DNA from: an uncultured archaeon
GTDB taxonomy: Archaea; Asgardarchaeota; Lokiarchaeia; Sigyniarchaeales; SOKP01
Assembly: GCA_964525635.1 (NCBI GenBank)
Contig: CAZGJX010000067.1
Span: 1-24,637, forward strand
Direction: 5' to 3'
DNA: 24,637 bases
Within the stretch, counting starts at the first letter, position 1. Each line of letters starts with the position of its first letter. The notes beneath the pieces were generated by a model, which was given only the letters and a program-made list of their open reading frames with translations, had not been told where the DNA came from and made no database searches. The position numbers and the translations under genes are program-made. Positions 8,381-17,044 of the stretch are shown piece by piece.

Positions 8381-11300
8381 TTAAACGAGATAAGGAAGTT
8401 CTGGAATTTGTCCGACATAATATTGGGCAATAAGTAAAGCATCTACAATATCAACGAATCCATCTTCATTCACATCTGCAACAATTGGATTATATCCGGG
8501 AACATCCCAACCAACATAGTATTGAGCTGTTAGCAGAGCATCTACAATGTCAACAATACCATCAGTATTAACATCTCCTAAGATATATTCTGGTCCTATG
8601 ACACCTAGAGCAAAAATACCTAATTTATTCATTTTAATATATGCTTTATTTGTCGAAATATCTATTTCAATTTCGAAATCAACAATTTCCCATGAATTTG
8701 TAGTTTCATTCCATATGAATAATGTCAAAGTATCAGTATCATCATTATAGTCAGCAGGGAGTGGTACGCTTAGAATAAATGGATATTCTGGGTCGTTAAA
8801 TGAAATTGCATATTCTGGTTGATCACTATCAACAATAAAATAGACCCCATTATTCCAATTAAATGGATTATCTGAGCCACTTACAGGATTTTGATCCCAT
8901 ACACCTCCAAAAACGACCGTTCCTATTGTAGTAATATCTATAATTTCAAGTCCTCCAAGAGATATATCCGTATATGTCTGATGTTCGTATAATTCAGCAC
9001 TTTCAATACTATTTAATTCTAAGATATTATTCTCCAAAACTAAAATATGTGTGTCTTGTCTAATATAAGTTTCCATGATTGGATCATAAAAGATCGCAGT
9101 TATGGAATAAATACCTGGAGGTAAATCATTTGTATGTATCTCCATTTCTAAAGTTGATCCAGGAGTCCAATCAGAAACCTCTGCTATTGAATTATCCCAA
9201 TCAAAATTAAAGAAAAATCCGCAATATGGGATTGTAATCATTGATTCTGTTAATGTCCAAGATATGAAAAAAGTTTCAATATTTACATCATCATAAACAT
9301 ATGAGATGTCATCTGGTTTTTGAATTAATGGTTGTTGATATTTACCTAAAGCAAATATTCCATATTCCAATAGACGGAAACTATAAGTTCCTCTTATCCA
9401 ATCAATTTGATACGGAAATACTGTATGTATCCATTTGTTATTAGTAGAATCCCATTTCATAAGAATATATTTATCAGTCTCTATATTATAATCCCCAGGT
9501 AAAGGTACTGTAAATATGGTAGAATAACTGGATGTAAAATTTAAAGGAGAACTACCTTGAATTGTAAAAAAATATACTTCACTATCAAAAGGATTTTGAC
9601 CACCTGTGGGATTTTGATCCCATTCTGCAACCATTATCGCAGTTACATCCATAATATGAATTTGTTCACATGTAATATCTGTGGTTCCAAACTTTCTCGG
9701 AATACCATGTAATGGATATTCACCATATATCTCGCTAGCTATATTAGTAGGATTGGCGATAACATCATTGTCTAATATATATATCAATACTTCATCAATT
9801 GCAGCATTTTCAAATGCTCCTTGTGCTCCTGTATAATCATCCCAAACATATATCCTTAAATAATGGAATCCAACATTGAGATTTAGTAAATTACAATCAA
9901 ATTCGAGATAAGCACCAGATCCCCATTGCATGTAATCAAAAAGAAGATATTGATTATCTAAGACAACATTTAGCATAGGATCTGTGATACTTTGATCATA
10001 AATCGTCCACCCTACTATATTAGGGTTTGTAGTACCTTCGTAAGTGATAATATCCTCAGAACCATAAATAACTGGAGAACCATCTAAGATAGCTGAATCT
10101 ACATAGATAGGGATTATATAATCAGAGAGTGTTAATCCATTACTATTTGAAGCACTGATTATAAATTCATGATATCCCACTTCAGAAATAAGATCATAAG
10201 AACCTGAACTATCCGTACTTATTTCAATACTGGAACTAGCGCTTGGAGACTTATACTTGATAGAAACTGATTCAATGGCTCTTGGATAATAATCAGTTAT
10301 AGACCAAGTAAACGTCCCTGGATTTAAATCTGTTGGAGAATCGGGAGCATTGTATGATATTTGAAAAACAGGATCTACACTATTTAATGCATTAAAACCA
10401 TTCTCTATTTCCCAACCATCTGATAATCCATCAAGATCAGTATCCCAATATACATGTAAGGTACCCTGATCAACTTCTACACCATCGGTAATACCATCAT
10501 GGTCAGTATCCTCACTATTAGGATCTGAATAACATTCGACAGGAAAAATAATATATTCAATACCATTGAAAATTTGAACCTGCAGTATGATACCATAAAT
10601 TTCTTCATCATCTCTTAGTCCATCAAAATCGCTATCAGGTTCATTAGGATTAGTATAATAACCAAATATTTCGTAACCATCAATTATCGTATCACCATCA
10701 CTATCCGCTATAGTAGGATCTGTACCATGAAAATAATATTCATGACCATCAAGGACATAATCATTATCGTAGTCAGGATCTCTTGGATCTGGATCCAATG
10801 ACAATTCTAATTGATCATTATCTAAATCATCATTAACAACGAGTGGGTGAGTATTAAAGTAATAAATTTCTTCAATATCTAAAAATCCATCACCATCACT
10901 ATCTACCATTTGTGTTGGAGTAGAACCTTGCATATATATGGGATTATTCCAATATAAATATTCAGAACCATCATCAATTCCATCTAAGTCAGTGTCAGGG
11001 TGTTGAGGATTTGATCCCAATAGGTCTTCATCATTATTAGTTAAACCATCTCCATCAAGATCAAGAATTTGAATTGGTATTGCAACAGAAGGAAATAATG
11101 TATTTTGTTGTTCTAAATTTCTAAAAGCATTATGTACATTTCCAAATGCAGCAAAAACACTAAAAACTCCTTTTCTAATCGCATCAGGAGGACTATTTAC
11201 ATCTTGAATATACCATATATTTAATGAATATGCTTCAGGGAGTTCATCATATTTACTATCAAATTTAATCTCAGCTTCAAAATTCACATAATAACCTAAT

Positions 11301-12907
11301 GAAAATAATAGTGTAGTCAAACAATTATGGGCAAAATATAATGCTTCAGGTTCTCCAGCTATGGATTCTTCATAAGCTGTCTGATATTGACCATAATAAT
11401 ATGCATACTTGCCAATATCATCCCAATTTACTATATTGTCACCTGTAATATCATCCATTTGATTTTCTTTAGTATTAAAAGAGGTATATACAGCAGTCAT
11501 ACACCATCTTGGAACATTATCACTTGAAATCTCTAGTCCTGAATTTTTATCAATGGCCCTATTTACATCATCATCTATTAACCATTGAGGTTCAGTGGAA
11601 GGAACAGAATCATGGACTTCAATAAATGCTTGACATGATTTAAGAAGTTCTAAGGCAATTTGAATTGCGGCATAAATTGCAGCTTTAAAATAATTTAGAT
11701 TCACTAGATATTCATAATAACGTATGGTCTTCATTTCCTGAATAGCCTGTTGTGCTTTTATTATCTCTGATGTTATAAGTATACCAATAAGTGTTCCTAC
11801 AGCACTTTCTGCTCCTGCGAACATTTGAAATATATTCTTAATATAACTATAGACATTCCATGCAAGATCCACATCACCTGGAAATCTTTCAATACCTAAA
11901 AGATCAAAACCAAATCCGATTATCTGTTTTGCAATTTGAGCTTTAAGTTGACCTTTTAAAAAGCTCCCCGCCGTATCTTTGAATGATCCTGGAGTTTTAT
12001 TTTTTCCTGATTTTAGTATCGACATTGCATTTTCTGCTGTAAATATTAAATTTAAATTAGATACTGATGTAAAATCAGTAGCAGTGATTCCAGCGCTACT
12101 TGTCTTTTGCATTAAATAAGAATTAAATGCAGGATCAATTTCAAAATTAATAGATAAATGTGGAACATATAATGTGAACATTGGGTATGGATTTTCAATA
12201 AAATTTTGTGGACTAGTTCCATCTGTTTCTGCAGTTCCATGATAATATAAAGTATATGCCTCCCATTGTCTTTCAATGTCTATAATAATTGGTTTATGAT
12301 ATTCTGGATATGTAACAGAGTTAATTAATATATTTTGTTCTCCGCTAGGCAAAGCGGTTATATCGTATAAATATGTCCCATCTTTATATACTTCACTAAG
12401 TGCACCAATTCTTTCTAAGAGATTTTTAATACCTGGATCTAATCCTAAAGGTTGAACAGTTACTTGTTGTTCAATTGAGATTGTTCCTGGACTTGGATAA
12501 TATTGATTTGGGATGGGATTAGGAAAATCATTATCATAATCATTAGATGGTATATTTACACGGTAATCTGAACCAAAAAGTCCATCATTAATACCATATG
12601 GGCCAACGCGGAGTTTTTGATGATCATATATATCATTTGAGTATACTGCACTATATACATTACCTCTATATATACCATCTCCCCCTTGAACCATTTCTGT
12701 TAATATTTGTTCTTGCAAATATCCATTAGCACTTGTTTGTAATGATTTAACTAAATTTTTATCAATATTTAGTGTCTTTGTTTTATCTCGAGGATTGGTT
12801 GTTTCTAATGTGTTATTAATACTAATAAATGAGGAAATCCCACTAAAAAGTATTATAAAGATTAAACAACCAACAACAAATTTACTTTTTTGAATTTTAA
12901 TTTTCAT
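8381..12907 (-). CDS. Large secreted/surface protein: signal peptide, uncharacterised N-terminal region, Ca-binding TSP3-like DxDxDG repeats, Ig-like beta modules (two repeats of about 245 aa), C-terminal type-I dockerin
   Basis: N-terminus MKIKIQKSKFVVGCLIFIILFSGISSF. Repeats DLDGDGL, DTDLDGI, DSDGDGF, DSDGDTI, DSDFDGL, DTDHDGI, DTDLDGL. Duplicated WDQNP...NPF...VPLP-x-DYN...W...GIFALG modules. Terminal GDVNTDGIVDIVDALLTAQYYVG...ADVNEDGFVDIVDALLIAQYYVG. Confidence 0.88.
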   Translation of the reverse strand: MKIKIQKSKFVVGCLIFIILFSGISSFISINNTLETTNPRDKTKTLNIDKNLVKSLQTSANGYLQEQILTEMVQGGDGIYRGNVYSAVYSNDIYDHQKLRVGPYGINDGLFGSDYRVNIPSNDYDNDFPNPIPNQYYPSPGTISIEQQVTVQPLGLDPGIKNLLERIGALSEVYKDGTYLYDITALPSGEQNILINSVTYPEYHKPIIIDIERQWEAYTLYYHGTAETDGTSPQNFIENPYPMFTLYVPHLSINFEIDPAFNSYLMQKTSSAGITATDFTSVSNLNLIFTAENAMSILKSGKNKTPGSFKDTAGSFLKGQLKAQIAKQIIGFGFDLLGIERFPGDVDLAWNVYSYIKNIFQMFAGAESAVGTLIGILITSEIIKAQQAIQEMKTIRYYEYLVNLNYFKAAIYAAIQIALELLKSCQAFIEVHDSVPSTEPQWLIDDDVNRAIDKNSGLEISSDNVPRWCMTAVYTSFNTKENQMDDITGDNIVNWDDIGKYAYYYGQYQTAYEESIAGEPEALYFAHNCLTTLLFSLGYYVNFEAEIKFDSKYDELPEAYSLNIWYIQDVNSPPDAIRKGVFSVFAAFGNVHNAFRNLEQQNTLFPSVAIPIQILDLDGDGLTNNDEDLLGSNPQHPDTDLDGIDDGSEYLYWNNPIYMQGSTPTQMVDSDGDGFLDIEEIYYFNTHPLVVNDDLDNDQLELSLDPDPRDPDYDNDYVLDGHEYYFHGTDPTIADSDGDTIIDGYEIFGYYTNPNEPDSDFDGLRDDEEIYGIILQVQIFNGIEYIIFPVECYSDPNSEDTDHDGITDGVEVDQGTLHVYWDTDLDGLSDGWEIENGFNALNSVDPVFQISYNAPDSPTDLNPGTFTWSITDYYPRAIESVSIKYKSPSASSSIEISTDSSGSYDLISEVGYHEFIISASNSNGLTLSDYIIPIYVDSAILDGSPVIYGSEDIITYEGTTNPNIVGWTIYDQSITDPMLNVVLDNQYLLFDYMQWGSGAYLEFDCNLLNLNVGFHYLRIYVWDDYTGAQGAFENAAIDEVLIYILDNDVIANPTNIASEIYGEYPLHGIPRKFGTTDITCEQIHIMDVTAIMVAEWDQNPTGGQNPFDSEVYFFTIQGSSPLNFTSSYSTIFTVPLPGDYNIETDKYILMKWDSTNNKWIHTVFPYQIDWIRGTYSFRLLEYGIFALGKYQQPLIQKPDDISYVYDDVNIETFFISWTLTESMITIPYCGFFFNFDWDNSIAEVSDWTPGSTLEMEIHTNDLPPGIYSITAIFYDPIMETYIRQDTHILVLENNILELNSIESAELYEHQTYTDISLGGLEIIDITTIGTVVFGGVWDQNPVSGSDNPFNWNNGVYFIVDSDQPEYAISFNDPEYPFILSVPLPADYNDDTDTLTLFIWNETTNSWEIVDFEIEIDISTNKAYIKMNKLGIFALGVIGPEYILGDVNTDGIVDIVDALLTAQYYVGWDVPGYNPIVADVNEDGFVDIVDALLIAQYYVGQIPELPYLV
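8400..8580 (-). repeat. Duplicated dockerin Ca-binding loop-helix segments
   Basis: Two near-identical protein segments DVN-x-DG-x-VDIVDALL-x-AQYYVG. Confidence 0.85.
10400..11065 (-). repeat. Thrombospondin type-3-like (DxDxDG-x-x-D-x-x-E) acidic repeat block
   Basis: At least 8 D-x-D-x-D-G-like units, several with T/S-D/N-P spacers. Confidence 0.8.
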
Positions 12908-13190
12908 TTTTAAAATCGTATTTTTTTTATATTTATATTATTAAATATCCAATTCTTTGGATTATTTTAAGAGAAATTAAAAAGGATTAAAATATTTGTG
13001 GTACTCTTCTCTAACTATGGTTGAAATTATGATTAGGCTTAGAAAATTAATGGAGGTTAATTAAAATATAGTATAATTTAAAAGATTTCAGGGACTGTTA
13101 TCTAACTATCAAATTTATTTTATATAATTATAAATTCAAGAAAAAACTAAATGCAAGAAGATTTATTAAATTTAATATGGCATTAATGAT

Positions 13191-15458
13191 CTAATCCACA
13201 AAGAGATCATTATTTTCTAAATATAATTTTAAATATTTTCCTGATTTAACAGTTCTAATTAAATTTCTTTTTACCAATTTTCTAATGTGATAATTAATTG
13301 TACTTCTTTTAACATTAAGTTTATCAGCAATAATCGATGGAATTATTCCGGGTGTTTTCTCAATAAGATCTAAAATTGTTAAACTTGTTTCTGATTTAAT
13401 TATAATATTATTATATTTACTTGATTCAAAATTATTATAAATCGGGCTATAGATATTGTATTGACCAACCTTTCTTATTTTTATTATTCCATATTCTAAT
13501 AAAACATCCAAATGCCATTGTAATTGCCCATTTGAGAGATGACAGTCTCGTAATAATTCTTTATAATGAATTTCTGAATTATTGAGAATTTTCTCAACAA
13601 TTTTTTGGCGTGTTTCATTCTCAAATATTTTATCAAAACTTATCCTACGGAAGGCTTTTTGTTCAATATTTTTAGATTTTAAATATGATTTATATTCATT
13701 TATAGAAATAACAAGGGAAATGGATACTAATAATAATACAAGTAATGTTATTAAAAGTAATATATAAGGTAAGAAGAAAACTAAGGGATTTTCAAACTGC
13801 GTACTTATATCCACTTTTGAATTAGTCTGGATCTGTGATACTTGAAAGGATATAACTGTTATAGGTAAAACTAACTTTGAAATATTAATTAGTGTACTTT
13901 TATATATTGATGAGCTTTTTATTCTATTTTGTGAGAGTCTTTCAATTCCAATCAAGGAAGCAATAAGACCTAAAAATATAAATGATAGTATAAAATTAAT
14001 GTAAAAAGCTAGATCTATTTGAAAATCAATCTTGAAAGAAATAAAAGTATACATAATTTCTGTATCATTCCCCCAAATACCATCTGTACTATCTTGCCAT
14101 ACGATATGTAAATTACCCCATTGATCAAATGTTATAGCTTGATTAGAACTAACATCTTGATTCCAATATATTTCATTAAATCCATCTGATATTACAGTTA
14201 TATTAGACCAAGATAAACCATTAGTAGATGATACATACATAACCTCAGAGTCAAGTCCCCATATACCATCTGTATGATCATTCCATGAGATTTTTATATT
14301 ATTATATTGATCTATAGCAATTGTAGGCATCCAACTTTCTCCATTATTCCAATATATACCATTAAATCCATCAGAAATAATTGTAACATTTGACCAAGAT
14401 ATTCCATCTGATGATGATACATACATAATTTCTGTATCATTCCCCCATATACCATCTGTGTGATCTTGCCATACAATATGAATTCCCCCAGTACTATTGA
14501 CACAGATAGATGGAAAGTAACTTCCATCGTCATTCCAATATACATTATTGTATCCATCTGATATAACAGTTGCATTTGTGATTCCAATTCCATCTACATA
14601 AGTACTATACATAATTTCCATGTCCGCACCATCAGTTCCCCAGATACCTCCTGTTGAATCCGTCCATACTACATGAGCTACTTCATAATCATCTACAAAT
14701 AGAGAAGGCCAATCACTATTAGCATCATTCCAATATAGTCCATTATATCCATCAGAAATGATCGTGATATTTGTTAATTCATACCCTTCTATAATTGAAC
14801 AATACATTATATCACTATCATATGATTGAGTTTTCCATTTCCCATCAGAAACATCGCTCCAAACTATATGTAATTTATCATGTATATCAATGGCAAGATC
14901 AGGATTTTCACTCCTTCCATCATTCCAATAGGTCCCATTAAATCCATCTGAAACTATCGTAGCATTAGACCAAGATATTCCATCTGAAGATGATGTATAC
15001 ATAATTTCTGTATCATTCCCCCATAAACCATTAGTATCATCTTGCCAAACCACAAAAATTCTGTTTAAACTATCTACAACAATACATGGATTTTCACTCC
15101 TTCCATCATTCCAATAGGTTCCATTAAATCCATCTGAAACTATCGTAGCATTAGACCAAGTTTTTCCATCTATCGAAGACGCATACATGATTTCAGTATC
15201 ATTCCCCCATAAACCATTAGTATCATCTTCCCAAACAACATGAATTTTACCAGTAGAATCAACAAAAATTTCGGGATCAAGGCTTGAATTGCTATTCCAT
15301 AAAATATCAACTGAATTCTCTGAAATAATTTTTACATTCATAAAGTCTATTGAACTATTTTTTAAAATATTTTGATTAACAAAGTATAATTGATTATGAA
15401 GAGAATTAACTGCAACTATTGAAATAATTAAAAAAATTAGAAAGTTGATTTTCTTCAT
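13191..15458 (-). CDS. Membrane-anchored one-component regulator: signal peptide, 7-repeat Asp-box/BNR beta-propeller, TM helices, C-terminal tandem winged-helix domains
   Basis: Seven repeats of about 62 aa (P-x-I-x-VD...HIVW-x-D...WG-x-DTEIMY-x-S-x-DG-x-x-WSN). TM segments LAFYINFILSFIFLGLIASLIGI and LVFFLPYILLLITLLVLLLVSISLVISI. wHTH1 FENETRQKIVEKI...LSNGQLQWHLDVL; wHTH2 TILDLIEKTPGI...STINYHIRKL. Confidence 0.85.
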   Translation of the reverse strand: MKKINFLIFLIISIVAVNSLHNQLYFVNQNILKNSSIDFMNVKIISENSVDILWNSNSSLDPEIFVDSTGKIHVVWEDDTNGLWGNDTEIMYASSIDGKTWSNATIVSDGFNGTYWNDGRSENPCIVVDSLNRIFVVWQDDTNGLWGNDTEIMYTSSSDGISWSNATIVSDGFNGTYWNDGRSENPDLAIDIHDKLHIVWSDVSDGKWKTQSYDSDIMYCSIIEGYELTNITIISDGYNGLYWNDANSDWPSLFVDDYEVAHVVWTDSTGGIWGTDGADMEIMYSTYVDGIGITNATVISDGYNNVYWNDDGSYFPSICVNSTGGIHIVWQDHTDGIWGNDTEIMYVSSSDGISWSNVTIISDGFNGIYWNNGESWMPTIAIDQYNNIKISWNDHTDGIWGLDSEVMYVSSTNGLSWSNITVISDGFNEIYWNQDVSSNQAITFDQWGNLHIVWQDSTDGIWGNDTEIMYTFISFKIDFQIDLAFYINFILSFIFLGLIASLIGIERLSQNRIKSSSIYKSTLINISKLVLPITVISFQVSQIQTNSKVDISTQFENPLVFFLPYILLLITLLVLLLVSISLVISINEYKSYLKSKNIEQKAFRRISFDKIFENETRQKIVEKILNNSEIHYKELLRDCHLSNGQLQWHLDVLLEYGIIKIRKVGQYNIYSPIYNNFESSKYNNIIIKSETSLTILDLIEKTPGIIPSIIADKLNVKRSTINYHIRKLVKRNLIRTVKSGKYLKLYLENNDLFVD
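14045..15300 (-). repeat. Intragenic tandem repeats of about 186 bp encoding the propeller blades
   Basis: 14902-14974 and 15088-15160 are identical except for one base (offset 186 nt = 62 codons). Other copies are more diverged. Confidence 0.9.
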
Positions 15459-15687
15459 ATCACTAATTAATTTATAGTTAGATAGATAAAAAATAAATAA
15501 AAATTAATAAATATAATAATATTTCCTCCAAGATATATTTAAGAGTTAATTATTTAGAAATAAAAAAACCCAGAAGAATATAGATATATTTTTTAAGATA
15601 CCAAATTTATAATATTGGGTGATTATGAAATAAAACTCACAAAAGGTTTAAGGCATATCATTCATTTAATAAAAATTAGATCAAAAA

Positions 15688-16062
15688 ATGTATTGCGAAT
15701 TTTGTAAAAAATCCTTATCATTGAGGAGAGGAAATAAACCACATATAAACATTTGTAATCCAGTAAGGATACATCTTTTTTGCTCAAGAGACTGTAAAGA
15801 TCAGTGGTGTTATGCGGTTCAAAAAAATAAGATTGACATCTTAAATAATTCTAAAAACTCTGAACAAGTGATAGGAGCAAAATTAATGTTTGATTTAAAT
15901 ATATTATATGATATAAAAAAAGAACTTAATAAATCAGAGCTACGTTCTCGATTTATACATATTATTAATAAAAGTGAATATCAAGATCTAATTTTATTAA
16001 AAGAGATCATGAAAAATAAAGAATACAAGGAGATATTCAATAGTCCTAATGTTTTTATCTAA
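15688..16062 (+). CDS. Small protein with an N-terminal TRASH/zf-FCS-like treble-clef metal-binding motif
   Basis: CEFC...HLFCSRDC (CxxC-xn-FCSxxC) followed by a helical tail. Confidence 0.65.
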   Translation: MYCEFCKKSLSLRRGNKPHINICNPVRIHLFCSRDCKDQWCYAVQKNKIDILNNSKNSEQVIGAKLMFDLNILYDIKKELNKSELRSRFIHIINKSEYQDLILLKEIMKNKEYKEIFNSPNVFI

Positions 16063-16454
16063 TCATATTAAAAAAGAGTTTAAAAATTCTTCATCTAATT
16101 CTGATAAAATATAACAAAAAAAAAGTCTGGAAAATATCAAATTTCATTATTATAGAGGATCATCGTAAAATAATTGATATATCATCCAGAATAATAAATA
16201 AATACAAAAATATATCTGTTTAATATTAGTTATAATCCAAGATCTATATCAACAACGGATATTGTAAAAATTGAATACAATAACCAAAAGTATCAAGTGC
16301 TTTTCAATGTATTAGCGAGTACTTGGTAATTGTACATTGTAGTATCCTGATCGATCATTTTCATCAATTGAAAGGGATTAAATAGTTTAAGGAATATCGA
16401 ATCTTCGACAATTATTATCTGAGTTTATTCCTTCAGTAATTTTTCTGTATTATT

Positions 16455-16661
16455 TCATAGCGGTGGTTTTGCATCTGGACGAGATTCCGTAGCGGGTTTA
16501 CCTTCAATACCCCAATGAGATTTAGGAATCTCATGTACGATAACTTCTACTGCTTGGGTGGGAATATCCATTTCAATAAATACTTTTGTTATTCCTAATA
16601 TTATTTGTTTAACTTTTTCTTCGGAAATACCTTTCCACATATTTACATGAATTATTGGCAT
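16455..16661 (-). CDS. 4-oxalocrotonate tautomerase family protein (68 aa)
   Basis: Start re-assigned to ATG 16661, giving MPIIHVNMWKG with the catalytic Pro-1. Typical AVEVIVHEIPKSHWGIEG tail. Confidence 0.9.
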   Translation of the reverse strand: MPIIHVNMWKGISEEKVKQIILGITKVFIEMDIPTQAVEVIVHEIPKSHWGIEGKPATESRPDAKPPL

Positions 16662-17044
16662 ATATTTCACCTTATAAATCATTTTTTTTGAGTATTATTT
16701 TAAAAATATTTTTTATTTATAAAAATTGGAATAACTTAAAAATCTCTTTCTGAAATTATATTAAATTTATTTTAATTTTTTTTGATTAATAATCTATAAA
16801 CAAAAATATTCAATTCTTTAGAATTCCCTAAAATTCGTGATTAATAAATATTATTCCTTTTTAATCTTTAAAAAAAGATAATCTCCAATCCACACCACAC
16901 ACACTAGTTGACTTAGATTATAGTATATTGATGATTAAAAAAATATCTAGAAAAATGTACCTCAAATTTTAAAAATAACTTTAGGTTTTGTTTTTTTTTT
17001 TATAATAAAGATTAAAAAAATAATAATTTATATAAGTCTAACCC

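Noticed and set aside
8547-8750. 67-aa plus-strand ORF
   Set aside because: Antisense shadow within the dockerin-protein gene.
13582-14593. ORFs 13582-13767 (+) and 14312-14593 (-, alternative frame)
   Set aside because: Both lie within the propeller-wHTH gene. The second is an off-frame by-product of the repeats.
14045-15300. Regularly spaced DNA repeats considered as a CRISPR array or a DGR template/variable pair
   Set aside because: The period is 186 nt and in frame within a protein. There are no unique spacers, no cas or reverse transcriptase genes, and no adenine-specific mismatch pattern was noted.
16198-16329. Start-less plus-strand open stretch (NTKIYLFNISYNPRS...VLASTW*)
   Set aside because: Preceded by in-frame stops. 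It may be a relic but cannot be supported without a homology search.
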